32,000 nt of DNA, from assembly GCA_003858585.1 (NCBI GenBank), contig RQZE01000011.1, positions 30,001-62,000 on the forward strand, written 5' to 3'. Made by a program: the position numbers and the translations under genes. Below the pieces are notes generated by a model. That model saw nothing but the letters and a program-made list of their open reading frames with translations, did not search any database and was not told the origin of the DNA. This document shows positions 9,001 through 18,498 of this stretch, one piece after another (positions within the stretch are counted from its first letter, which is position 1; each line of letters begins with the position of its first letter). Source of the stretch: Erysipelotrichaceae bacterium OH741_COT-311 (GTDB lineage Bacteria > Bacillota_I > Bacilli_A > Erysipelotrichales > Erysipelotrichaceae).

Positions 9001-10306
9001 CTCCCGGAAAACTAACAGTACCATCATTTTTCGACTCTGCAATGTAACGTTCTTCTCCATGTTGCTCCAAGACAAACTTACTGCCCACTACCGGAGCATT
9101 GGTATCTTTATGTAAACTTTTAAAATCAATAGAACCAAGCTGTGTTGTGGCAAGTTTTTGATTAAAGAAATATTCGATATCCAACATTGTAGATGGTTCA
9201 ATTTCAACCGTTACTTGTTCGTTACTTTTTTGATATCCAATTGGTGCTTCTATTTCAACAATTTGATAAACACCCACCGGAACATTTCTAAAAATGGCGA
9301 CCCCATCGGCAGAAGTAATTTGTTGTTGAATTATAGTTCCGTTGAAAGACAATCCCAATTTTGCACCCTTTAAATAGATGTCATGATTATCTTTATCTAC
9401 TTTATAAATTTTAATGTATCCACTCGTGGATGTATTTTTAATTTCTCCTAAATCACGATCACGGTCAAAATAGGTAGATAAGATAACTCCATCCGGAAAA
9501 TCATTTAAATATCCATCCGGTGGTGAAATTTCTACTACTTCATAATAGTTCGGAGTTACATCACGAAAAACCAATTGACCATCTTGTGCTGAAATTGCTG
9601 TGTATAAGAATGGTTGATCGCTAGCTGTACGTAACCCAAATTTTGCACCAGCTAATTTCTTTTCCGGTTCATTACTGTCAACCTTAGTGAATTGAATGGT
9701 AATCTTATTAAAACGATTGGTAACATTCACAGTATAAGGACTATTTGATTCATTTAACTCTACTTCAATCACCGGATTTTCATTTAATATATACTTATCC
9801 GGTGTGAAACGTTGTATAACACGATATCTTCCAACTTCCAAAGAAGTAAAACTTAATAGACCATATTCATTGGTATCCAATCCTTCGATAAAATCGTAAC
9901 GCCCTTCTTCATTTCTTTTATGCAATTCAAAGACAGCTTGCTCAATCGGATGTCCTTCTTCATCCTTTAATTCCACCTGAATAATCCCATAAGCGAAAAA
10001 CTTCTCATTGCTTACAGTAAGGATTGCTTCCTTTCCCACTAACTCTTCTTCATTTGTAGCACTATGATCTACAGCACTGTCTTCATTGACGCTTTCTTCT
10101 ACCAACGTTTCTGCTGTAGTGACTTCTACAAACTTTCTTTCGGTTTCCTTTAAAGCAGTTTCTTTCGATTCCACTATTTCACCAGCAACCTCTTCCACTG
10201 TTTCTTCACTTGAAGTTTCTTCATTTAAAGCCGACACATACCTGTTATAAAGTGCACCAACAAATAGCAGTTGCAAGCACAAAAAGATTGATAGTATTTT
10301 TTTCAT
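6041..10306 (-). CDS. large cell-surface protein: signal peptide, acidic linker, about 12 SpaA/prealbumin-fold (Cna-B-like) repeats, one CnaB domain, (PQPN)n spacer, C-terminal hydrophobic anchor with basic tail
   Basis: 1421 aa. Signal peptide MKKILSIFLCLQLLFVGALYNRYVSA. The roughly 85-90-aa repeat units each begin with (I/F)xK(V/I)D, contain GAxFxL...G...F..L..G.Y.L.E..AP.GY, and end with xxNxK. A VDVVWQNAP...WFKLY CnaB-type module follows. The tail is IAKTRDD + ASALYYMIGFLVSVMALHVI + KKHEALK. Confidence 0.85.
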   Translation of the reverse strand: MKKILSIFLCLQLLFVGALYNRYVSALNEETSSEETVEEVAGEIVESKETALKETERKFVEVTTAETLVEESVNEDSAVDHSATNEEELVGKEAILTVSNEKFFAYGIIQVELKDEEGHPIEQAVFELHKRNEEGRYDFIEGLDTNEYGLLSFTSLEVGRYRVIQRFTPDKYILNENPVIEVELNESNSPYTVNVTNRFNKITIQFTKVDSNEPEKKLAGAKFGLRTASDQPFLYTAISAQDGQLVFRDVTPNYYEVVEISPPDGYLNDFPDGVILSTYFDRDRDLGEIKNTSTSGYIKIYKVDKDNHDIYLKGAKLGLSFNGTIIQQQITSADGVAIFRNVPVGVYQIVEIEAPIGYQKSNEQVTVEIEPSTMLDIEYFFNQKLATTQLGSIDFKSLHKDTNAPVVGSKFVLEQHGEERYIAESKNDGTVSFPGVLPGKYQLKMKSAPDSYLLNPEVREVHVLANQADHLEPYKIEPEAPVLKGSYSFKVVDADEQTLGLRNATFVLKRDNEIIAQATSNLIGLVRFKDVPYGTYTLSQTATQQGYVITDEVRSVVIASSGSYGNNVTNRKVTNDKGSILVTVYDKETHQPLQNVRVKLSQNSVLEIKETATNGKVIFSDLTFGQYTISLEGDYDGYLPWTKTLNVNVTNAIENNVSIDLEKVKGSITFEKVDKEDVMMKLANASFVLKQNNQIKYRATSTASGEVLFNQVELGTYTLQEEVAPSGYQLSNETREVILTSTQPNVSIDPFVNEKEVVVPLKGTLRVLKIDAENPTKLLQGVEFELKKDGYVVKQGVTNSFGLVMFEQLDYGNYELVEVKTLDEYVLDSMLHPVEINEENQEMIIQNKKKTGHVHFYKVDRDNHNIKLQHATFILEQNDVPVYTAVSDEQGYVSFENVKLGQYKLKETVAPNGYVLDNIPKEIEVRIDQLEIDLNYIENVKKPTVQFAEVSFKKVDFDDSTIPLADAEFGLFQNDELKYTAKSNALGEVVFPQVVYGTYILKETKAPLHYQLSTQTVSIEANKPKVIVNDFKNQKQVIQKGSIRFVKVDEQEPTKTLKGATFALEDEQGVVKTVTTLEDGVVVFDNLELKNYTVKETKAPDGYEITTQAIPVALTVANPDKDLQTITNRKLGVVHDGHIAIVLVDQEDPSKGIADATFSIISNGIEKQGKTDAFGRVEFTSLIYGDWEVRQVDTPLRYQVNSAMQVIHVGDGVVKEVNVTNALKRKSIRVDVVWQNAPANHPDVWFKLYSATNNQPESEAPQPILKLMPGSSFVEWQLLPQYDERNQEIQYSIKQVDPSGQVLVLQEYQTNIQGFTVINIYRNAPQPQPNPQPNPQPNPQPNPQPNPQPNPQPNPQPNPQPNPLPQPTPKVEDPIVEEKTEEKTKVKIAKTRDDASALYYMIGFLVSVMALHVIKKHEALK
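6219..6326. repeat. in-frame 12-bp tandem repeat, about 9 copies (GGATTTGGTTGY on plus strand), encoding (NPQP)n
   Basis: Direct reading: ggatttggctgt at 6219, then ggatttggttgt/ggatttggttgc units back to back through 6326. Only third-position T/C differences occur. Confidence 0.95.
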
Positions 10307-10354
10307 AACTTTTTCCTTACCTTATCATTATCTATTTCATATACTATTTATTAA

Positions 10355-10383
10355 ATTATAACGCAGAATTATGTGAAAACCAA
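10355..10383 (-). promoter_or_regulatory. putative sigma-A promoter for the surface-protein gene
   Basis: The minus strand reads TTGGTT-17 nt-TATAAT (-35 at 10383-10378, -10 at 10360-10355), about 48 nt upstream of the ATG at 10306. Confidence 0.5.
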
Positions 10384-10424
10384 GTTATTTTCCTTTTCAA
10401 TCAAAGCTAGTGAAAGTCATAAAT

Positions 10425-10453
10425 TAGACAATTAAAAAAAATTGTAGTACTAT
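10425..10453 (+). promoter_or_regulatory. putative promoter for the CAP-domain protein gene
   Basis: TAGACA (10425-10430)-17 nt-TACTAT (10448-10453), followed by the strong RBS AAGGAGG before ATG 10488. Confidence 0.35.
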
Positions 10454-10487
10454 TAATCATGTGTGATTAAAAGAAGGAGGATCAGAA

Positions 10488-11540
10488 ATGAAATTAAAAT
10501 GTTTAAATTCAGTTCTAATTTTATCTTTACTTTTAGCAATTTCTCCCATGAAAGTACATGCAGAAGATGCTAAAAGTGATGCAAATCTAAATCCAACTTC
10601 GATTCTTGTGATTCAAAAAGTAGAAGTTCCTATTAATGAGCCTGCTGCCGATGAAATTATTAAAAAAGCAATTATTGAAGAAACAGTAAAAAGTAAACTA
10701 TACGACATCGAAGCCATTGATATTGAAAAATCATCCATTGTCTTAAGTGCTATTGATCTATCTAAAGTAAAAGAACATAAAGTAAATGCTTTAATTAACT
10801 TAGAACTAAAACCATCTGCCAGCTTACAATTTGTTGACAAAACATTTCAAAGTGAAGTCTTAATCAATGTTGTTGACAATGAAGCTCCGGTCATTGACAT
10901 GAAATACAATTACTATAATTTAGAATATAACGAAGAATATAAACCGTTAGACTATATCGAATCCATCTTCGACAATTCCTTTGAACAAGAATTTGATATT
11001 TCTGTCGAAGGTGCAGAAAACATCTCTTCAGAAAATCCTGGTGTTCACTACGTTACGTATCACGTAAAAGATTCAAGTGGTAATGAAGCAACACTTGATT
11101 TTAAAATGATTGTTGATGGTAAACCAAAACCAAAAACAAAAAAGAGTAAAAATGTTGCGATTAACTATAGTGGTGACTATAGTGTACAAGAAATGTTAGA
11201 TGCGATTAATGCGGTTAGAAGTGAATATGGATTATACGCATTAACACTTGGCTCTGATTCTGCTCAAGCTGCCTCAGCCGTACGTGCCAGTGAAGCTGCC
11301 GGTTATGTTTCACATACCAGACCAGATGGCACTTCTTATAAGACAGCGTTTAGTGATTATGGGGTAAGTTACTCTTATGCCGTAGAGATTTTAACGTATG
11401 CAGGATCAACGGTCCAAGATAAACTAAATTGGTGGATGAATTCTCCAACCCATCGCAAACATGTCTTAACATCAACTGCTCGTAAAATCTCAATTGGTTA
11501 CAGTGGTAAGATGTGGCAAGCAATTGTTTATAACGATTAG
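10488..11540 (+). CDS. secreted protein with Ig-like (DUF5011-type) domain and C-terminal CAP/SCP (YkwD-like) domain
   Basis: Signal peptide ending VHA-EDA. The middle region DNEAPVI...GVHYVTYHVKDSSGNEATLDFKMIV resembles bacterial Ig-like DUF5011. The C-terminus, AINAVRSEYGL...HTRPDG...WMNSPTHRKHVL...IGYS, is the bacterial CAP domain pattern. Confidence 0.75.
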   Translation: MKLKCLNSVLILSLLLAISPMKVHAEDAKSDANLNPTSILVIQKVEVPINEPAADEIIKKAIIEETVKSKLYDIEAIDIEKSSIVLSAIDLSKVKEHKVNALINLELKPSASLQFVDKTFQSEVLINVVDNEAPVIDMKYNYYNLEYNEEYKPLDYIESIFDNSFEQEFDISVEGAENISSENPGVHYVTYHVKDSSGNEATLDFKMIVDGKPKPKTKKSKNVAINYSGDYSVQEMLDAINAVRSEYGLYALTLGSDSAQAASAVRASEAAGYVSHTRPDGTSYKTAFSDYGVSYSYAVEILTYAGSTVQDKLNWWMNSPTHRKHVLTSTARKISIGYSGKMWQAIVYND

Positions 11541-11560
11541 GTGCATTTGCACCTTTTTTC
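11540..11560 (+). terminator. intrinsic terminator after the CAP-domain gene
   Basis: GGTGCA-tt-TGCACC followed by TTTTTTC, immediately after the TAG stop. Confidence 0.65.
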
Positions 11561-11597
11561 TTTTCCATAATTTAACATCACAAACACATAATATTAG

Positions 11598-11626
11598 TTG
11601 ATTAAATCCTTATTTTTACATACAAT
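11598..11626 (+). promoter_or_regulatory. putative sigma-A promoter for the PepSY lipoprotein gene
   Basis: TTGATT (11598-11603)-17 nt-TACAAT (11621-11626), about 30 nt upstream of the ATG at 11657. Confidence 0.5.
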
Positions 11627-11656
11627 TCAAGTAAGAAAGCAAATGAGGTGAACCCT

Positions 11657-12403
11657 ATGAAACGTATTTTTTTAACTATCGTAAGCTTAACGCTTTTACT
11701 TTCTGCTTGCAGCAAAGATCAAAAACTAACATCGGAGCAATTAAAAGCCATTGTATTAAAAGATGCGAATATCAATGAAAAAGATATTATTTCATCTAAA
11801 ATTGAAAAAGATGCAAATAACCAAGTAGTCGTAGAAATATCTACTCCACAAGTAGACTATAAATATAAAGTAGATGGTAATACCGGTAAGATTATTGAAA
11901 ACATCTCTAATCAACCAACGTCAGTACCAACACAAGCACCTGCTCCTTCTAATGCCCAACAGCAAGGCATTACCCTTGAACAGGCAAAAGACATTGCGTT
12001 TAAGGACGCTAATGTAAACGGAGCTGATGTAACTATTATTCAAGCCTATTTAAACAATGAGAATGAATATGACATTGAATTTGTTATAAACAATCAAGAA
12101 TATGACTACGAAATTGATGCAACAACGGGTGCAATCAAAGAAAAAGACTTAGACATTGAAAACTATGTCATTCCCTCAGCTTCACAGTCATCCAATCAAA
12201 ATGCTTTCGGTATCACGCAAGAGCAAGCATTGGACGTGGTCTTAGCGGATTTGGGTCTTAAAAAAGATCAGGTACATGTTGCTGAACTTAAATTTGATCG
12301 TAGTGATAATGAATATGACATTAAACTTTACTATAACAATGTAGAGTATGAATATGAAATCAACGCTAGTAATGGTTCTATCCACTCAAAAGACATTGAC
12401 TAA
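11657..12403 (+). CDS. lipoprotein with three PepSY-like domains
   Basis: Start moved to ATG 11657 (GAGGTG RBS 6 nt upstream; the ORF-track start at 11648 is GTG). Lipobox LLLSAC. Three repeats follow the pattern (I)T.EQA..I.L.DA......V.......(D).NEYDIE....N.EYEYEI.A..G.I, typical of PepSY. Confidence 0.75.
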   Translation: MKRIFLTIVSLTLLLSACSKDQKLTSEQLKAIVLKDANINEKDIISSKIEKDANNQVVVEISTPQVDYKYKVDGNTGKIIENISNQPTSVPTQAPAPSNAQQQGITLEQAKDIAFKDANVNGADVTIIQAYLNNENEYDIEFVINNQEYDYEIDATTGAIKEKDLDIENYVIPSASQSSNQNAFGITQEQALDVVLADLGLKKDQVHVAELKFDRSDNEYDIKLYYNNVEYEYEINASNGSIHSKDID

Positions 12404-12424
12404 AAAAGCCCTTATTGGGCTTTT
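12404..12424. terminator. bidirectional hairpin between the convergent PepSY lipoprotein gene and yaaA
   Basis: AAAAGCCC-ttatt-GGGCTTTT. A/T runs flank it on both sides, so a U-tract follows on either strand. Overlaps the yaaA stop. Confidence 0.5.
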
Positions 12425-13122
12425 CTTATGAAGTAATAATTTTTATCATCCGATAACGCTTCACTATACTGATACTGTAAGTCTTGAAACTTCTTTAACT
12501 CTTCTACATTTGTAATTTGATGCTTTGCCATATAACGAACCATACTTCCTCGAGCCATCTTTGCCAAGGTGGCTTTTGTTATATAGTTTCCATTTACTTC
12601 ACTTACAAAATGAATATGAATCATCCTACATCCTTCAAAAAGCAAACTATATTCTTTACTAGCCAGATTAATAATGACTTCATCCTTAAAGTCAAGTGCA
12701 AGGTCTTTCCAATACTCATACAATGGATACTCTATACAATTCTCTAAATCCAAGCGATAAAAACCGATGCCATCGCTAGGTCTTACATATCCATACATTC
12801 CACTTAGTATTAACAAGTATTTATGAATATATGCCATTTCCTGCTCATCAAATAAATCCGGCTTCATATATTGAAACACTAAACCATCAAAAGAAGTCAA
12901 TGCCATACTTACTTGATGATGAAAGTCTATGCGATACATTTGATATGTTTTCTTAGCAATGGATGCATTGCACTTTAATTGTTCTTGCAACTCTTCTACA
13001 CTTAACCCTTGCATATACTCATATAACTTCTTCGCTTTATCAAGATATTTAGGCGTTGTTAAAGGACCAAAATCATCATGGTTATATTTCATCTTTTTTG
13101 TTGGTGAAAGAATGATTTTCAT
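12412..13122 (-). CDS. yaaA: peroxide stress protein YaaA (UPF0246/DUF328)
   Basis: 236 aa with the canonical N-terminus MKIILSPTKKM and a YRLD motif region. AAGGAG RBS upstream of ATG 13122. Confidence 0.85.
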   Translation of the reverse strand: MKIILSPTKKMKYNHDDFGPLTTPKYLDKAKKLYEYMQGLSVEELQEQLKCNASIAKKTYQMYRIDFHHQVSMALTSFDGLVFQYMKPDLFDEQEMAYIHKYLLILSGMYGYVRPSDGIGFYRLDLENCIEYPLYEYWKDLALDFKDEVIINLASKEYSLLFEGCRMIHIHFVSEVNGNYITKATLAKMARGSMVRYMAKHQITNVEELKKFQDLQYQYSEALSDDKNYYFIRKAQ

Positions 13123-14020
13123 TGCTTAACTCCTTATATAATTTTGCATATTCTTCTTTGGATAAGGTCGAAGCCGAAATGGAAACCACCTTACCTGCAA
13201 TGCGGTTGGCTAACGATAAAGCCTTTGTATCCTCATATCCTAATAACTTGCCTACTAAATAGCCACCAACATGACTATCCCCTGCCCCAATGGTATCTAC
13301 TACCTCTACCTTTGATGTTTCAATGTGTTGGATATGATTACCATCATATAGATAAACACCTTGTTTGCCTACCGTAACAATCACTTTATTTTGTGTAAGT
13401 GCGTATAACTTACGCATTGCTTGTAAAAGATCTTCTTCCTGCATCATTTGCTCAATCTCTAAATCATTTAAATGCATAATGGGTTGATAACCATATAAAA
13501 TATCCAAACGTTCTTGTTGTATATGCATCCCTCGTGGTCCCGGCGCAAAGATAATTTGTCCTTGAAATGAAGCAAGGGCATTTACAAGCTTCATGCCATC
13601 AACATCTTCCACCTCTAAACCACAAACATACGCATAAGCATAGTCATTTAAATCTAACTTCCTTAACCAAGCGGGATCAAAGGTATATTCCGCTCCATGA
13701 TATGACATAAAACTACGCTCTCCACTATCTTCCACCATGCAGTAACAACATCCATTTTCCTGTTGCACCGCTATTTCACTATGCATGCCTTGCTTTTGCA
13801 AATGTTGTTTTACAAAGTCTCCATACATACCACTACCTACCGGAGAAATTAAAGTATAAGGCACTTTTAAATGATGTAGCACATGTGCCACATTAAATGC
13901 ACAACCCCCAAGTGAAACCACTTGTTTTTTTGGATGGATGTCTTGTTGCGTGGTAGGAAGCTTATCCACATACAAAATGACATCACATACGGTAGATCCA
14001 ATAATTAAACATTTCTTCAT
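13082..14020 (-). CDS. PfkB-family carbohydrate/nucleoside kinase (substrate unknown)
   Basis: Start trimmed to MKKCLIIGSTVCDV (ATG 14020, 1 nt after the GH25 stop). PfkB signature DTIGAGDSHVGGYL near the C-terminus. 312 aa. Confidence 0.85.
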   Translation of the reverse strand: MKKCLIIGSTVCDVILYVDKLPTTQQDIHPKKQVVSLGGCAFNVAHVLHHLKVPYTLISPVGSGMYGDFVKQHLQKQGMHSEIAVQQENGCCYCMVEDSGERSFMSYHGAEYTFDPAWLRKLDLNDYAYAYVCGLEVEDVDGMKLVNALASFQGQIIFAPGPRGMHIQQERLDILYGYQPIMHLNDLEIEQMMQEEDLLQAMRKLYALTQNKVIVTVGKQGVYLYDGNHIQHIETSKVEVVDTIGAGDSHVGGYLVGKLLGYEDTKALSLANRIAGKVVSISASTLSKEEYAKLYKELSNENHSFTNKKDEI

Positions 14021-14021
14021 A

Positions 14022-14873
14022 TTAGTTTTCCTTATCAAAATAGATATTCGCATCGACAGGTCCTTCAATCCCGTCAATGGTTAAAGAATCCGTATATTGC
14101 CACATTTTTAATTGATATTCAAAATTTAACTTATCACTATAATGCGCAATCCAAAATGGATAATTTGCTAAACGATCTAACTGAAAATAACCATTTAACC
14201 AATGATAATTTCCATAAATCATACACTTATGATCTTCTGCCATCACTCTTTGACAAAAACCAATCGCAAAATCGGTACGTTGTTGATTACTTAAAGAATC
14301 AATACGAGCTGTTTTTCCATGTATATTTTCCATATCAAAGACAATTTCAAAATCAAGATTATAATGCTTAATGTGTTTTAAAACAAACTCCGCTTCTTCA
14401 ATCGCTTCTTCTAAAGTAATAGCCTGTGAAAAGAAATACACCCCTACTTGAATGCCCTGCTTCATGGCTTCCTTTAGATTATACTTAAACGTAGGATCTA
14501 ACGAAATAGCTCCACTTTCATACCCACGATGACCCAAACGAATCATCGCAAATTCAACACCGCTATCTTTGACTTTCTTCCAATCAATGTGTTTTTGATG
14601 CTTACTAACATCAATTCCAAATTTACTATAACTTTCATCTTCATACACATAATAACGCTTCCCATCTATTTCAATCAAGCGTTCCCAATTATATTGATGT
14701 TTTGCAATATCCAAAGCTACTACTTCCTCCGGTTTTACCTTTGATCGAAACATCTTTTTGACGTAATCTTCATACCCTTTTATCATAACAAAAACTCCTA
14801 CAATCAATATTGTAAGAAGCACTGCTAAACGAACATACTTAATCGATCTTTTCTTTCTTCTACGTCTTTTCAT
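14022..14873 (-). CDS. membrane-anchored GH25 family muramidase (lysozyme)
   Basis: Basic N-terminus MKRRRRKKRS plus a TM helix LAVLLTILIVGVFVMI. FGIDVSKHQKHIDWKKVKDSGVEFAMIRLG and VFDME motifs are typical of the GH25 catalytic domain. Confidence 0.85.
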   Translation of the reverse strand: MKRRRRKKRSIKYVRLAVLLTILIVGVFVMIKGYEDYVKKMFRSKVKPEEVVALDIAKHQYNWERLIEIDGKRYYVYEDESYSKFGIDVSKHQKHIDWKKVKDSGVEFAMIRLGHRGYESGAISLDPTFKYNLKEAMKQGIQVGVYFFSQAITLEEAIEEAEFVLKHIKHYNLDFEIVFDMENIHGKTARIDSLSNQQRTDFAIGFCQRVMAEDHKCMIYGNYHWLNGYFQLDRLANYPFWIAHYSDKLNFEYQLKMWQYTDSLTIDGIEGPVDANIYFDKEN

Positions 14874-14874
14874 C

Positions 14875-15729
14875 TTATGTATTTTTTAACTCTTGGAAAC
14901 CATGACCATAGACCTCATTTGACTCACAAATAATCATAATGGAACTATCATCAATACTTTCAACTACTGACTTTATAACATAAACTTGATTCCTTGAGCA
15001 AGCACAAAAGATAACATTCCCTTCTTTTTTAGAGTAACTACCTGTGGCATGTAAAAAAGTAGATCCACGTTGTACCACCTGATTAATCGCCTCTGCAATC
15101 TCTTCTGACTTACTTGAAACAATGAAGACAATCTTGCCACTATTGGCACCATACATAATCTTATCCACCACAATAGAACCTACTGCCACAGCAATTAAGC
15201 CATATAGTACCGCCTCAATATTTTTAAAGACAAACATTCCTAATAAAATAACCACGGCATCACTTACCTGCGTAATAAACCCAATGGAATGATGAGGAAA
15301 TAACTTCTTTACCGACATAATAAAGAAATCAGAACCACCTGTCGAAGATCCTTGCATATAAATTAACGCATAACCAATACCACCAATAAAACCCGTGAAA
15401 ATGGACGCCAATAATTGATTTCCATGATAAATAGGAACTAACGGTACAACATAGTCCATCATAAACGCAAAAATAGCCATTGTTTTTAAAGATTTAAATA
15501 AAAAATTTTTACCTAAGTATTTATAACTGAAAAAAATAATTGGAATATTTAAAATCAAGGTAACCAACCCGATACGAAAGCCAAATAAATGATGACTAAT
15601 CAGTGCCAAACCATTCACCCCACCCGGAGCAAAATCAGCTGAACTTGCAAAGACATGAACACTAATACCAATTAAAAATCCACCGATTACATCAAACCAT
15701 AATTCTTTTCCAAACTTACTTAATTCCAT
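14875..15729 (-). CDS. YitT family membrane protein (DUF161 repeats + C-terminal DUF2179)
   Basis: 284 aa and polytopic. It shows the ...GGFLIGISVHVFASSADFAPGGVNGLALI pattern and a soluble C-terminal domain (IVFIVSSKSEEIAEAIN...GSTFLHATG). AGGAGG RBS. Confidence 0.85.
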   Translation of the reverse strand: MELSKFGKELWFDVIGGFLIGISVHVFASSADFAPGGVNGLALISHHLFGFRIGLVTLILNIPIIFFSYKYLGKNFLFKSLKTMAIFAFMMDYVVPLVPIYHGNQLLASIFTGFIGGIGYALIYMQGSSTGGSDFFIMSVKKLFPHHSIGFITQVSDAVVILLGMFVFKNIEAVLYGLIAVAVGSIVVDKIMYGANSGKIVFIVSSKSEEIAEAINQVVQRGSTFLHATGSYSKKEGNVIFCACSRNQVYVIKSVVESIDDSSIMIICESNEVYGHGFQELKNT

Positions 15730-15756
15730 TGTTGCCTCCTAGAGAATATACAATTG

Positions 15757-15788
15757 ATTATATAGTATTTACCATTAGGTTTCCACAA
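15757..15788 (-). promoter_or_regulatory. putative promoter for the yitT operon
   Basis: The minus strand reads TTGTGG-18 nt-TATATA(AT), about 25 nt upstream of the yitT RBS. Confidence 0.3.
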
Positions 15789-15831
15789 TTTTCATGCGAA
15801 ATCATATAAAAAGAAAAACCCAAAACGGGCT

Positions 15832-17545
<1,714 letters not shown>

Positions 17546-17548
17546 ATT

Positions 17549-17992
17549 CTATTTGCTACAAACGTAGCCATGTGATTCATGAGCCTGAATCGTCTTTTTT
17601 AGATTAACGGTGTTATCTTCATCAATATACACGATATCCGTCTGTTTGAACGTTTCAACTGTATCTTTGTTGATTGGCATGGAAACTACAATCGTAAAAT
17701 ATTCTTCACTCTCTGTATGTGTGATATAAGATTCTCCATATATAGATCCAAACGCTGAAATAAGCGATTCAAAGAACAACGACTTTTCTTCTACATCCGT
17801 ATTTTCTATTCCATAAGCTTCAAACGACAATGAAAGAGAATATTCCACTTCGCTTATACGATTATCATTGTAACCATAAACCACCTTATGTACATTTTCC
17901 GGTAGCTCTAAGGTACAAGTAATCTTTTTAGACTTAGTGTTACAACCACTCAAGCCCAATGCAAACAACACAATCACAATTAACGTTTTCAT
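17549..17992 (-). CDS. lipoprotein, DUF1307/YehR-like, paralog 1 of 4
   Basis: 147 aa with lipobox GLSGC, a second Cys 9 residues later (KKITCTLE), and C-terminal HGYVCSK. Its length and pattern are shared with the three upstream paralogs. Confidence 0.7.
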   Translation of the reverse strand: MKTLIVIVLFALGLSGCNTKSKKITCTLELPENVHKVVYGYNDNRISEVEYSLSLSFEAYGIENTDVEEKSLFFESLISAFGSIYGESYITHTESEEYFTIVVSMPINKDTVETFKQTDIVYIDEDNTVNLKKTIQAHESHGYVCSK

Positions 17993-18032
17993 TTGTTTTC
18001 CTTATTCTATTAAATCCATTTATCAAGATGAC

Positions 18033-18464
18033 TTATTTGTGACAAACATAACCGGCATTTTCAAGATGTTGGATGGATTGTTCTAAACTGATATAAGCCG
18101 CATTCCCTGCATCAACAACACCTGTTTTTTGTAACTCTTCAATCGTTTTTTTATTATAAACAACAGAAAGTACAACCGTAAATGTATCTTTCCCTTCCTT
18201 ATACGATGTATTGGAAGTTCCATATAAAGAATCATACGTTTCTTTTACTTGTTTTTGAAAATCTTTTTTACCATCTTCTGCAATACCAAGGTCTGCATAA
18301 GTAAACACTAATGTTTCCTTCGTACTTTTAATCACATCACCTGAATGTTTATGTACTAACTTAGACGTTATACCTGACTGTTCATAGGTACATACCTGTT
18401 GTTTCCCACCATCACAAGCACTTAAGCCTAAAGCTAATAACACTATCAATACTAATTTCTTCAT
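18033..18464 (-). CDS. lipoprotein, DUF1307/YehR-like, paralog 2 of 4
   Basis: 143 aa with lipobox GLSAC, QQVCTYE and C-terminal AGYVCHK. The pattern SKLVHKHSGDVIK..KETLVFTY..LGI...K..F...VKETY..LYG... resembles the DUF1307 family. Closest to paralog 3. Confidence 0.7.
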   Translation of the reverse strand: MKKLVLIVLLALGLSACDGGKQQVCTYEQSGITSKLVHKHSGDVIKSTKETLVFTYADLGIAEDGKKDFQKQVKETYDSLYGTSNTSYKEGKDTFTVVLSVVYNKKTIEELQKTGVVDAGNAAYISLEQSIQHLENAGYVCHK

Positions 18465-18498
18465 TTTTACCCTCTTTTACCAGCAATAGTTACTATTG

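Noticed and set aside
14022-14873. GH25 lysozyme as a prophage endolysin or a sign of a mobile element
   Set aside because: No holin, integrase, capsid/tail or repeat boundaries lie nearby. The gene is separated from housekeeping neighbours by only 1 nt on each side and carries its own TM anchor.
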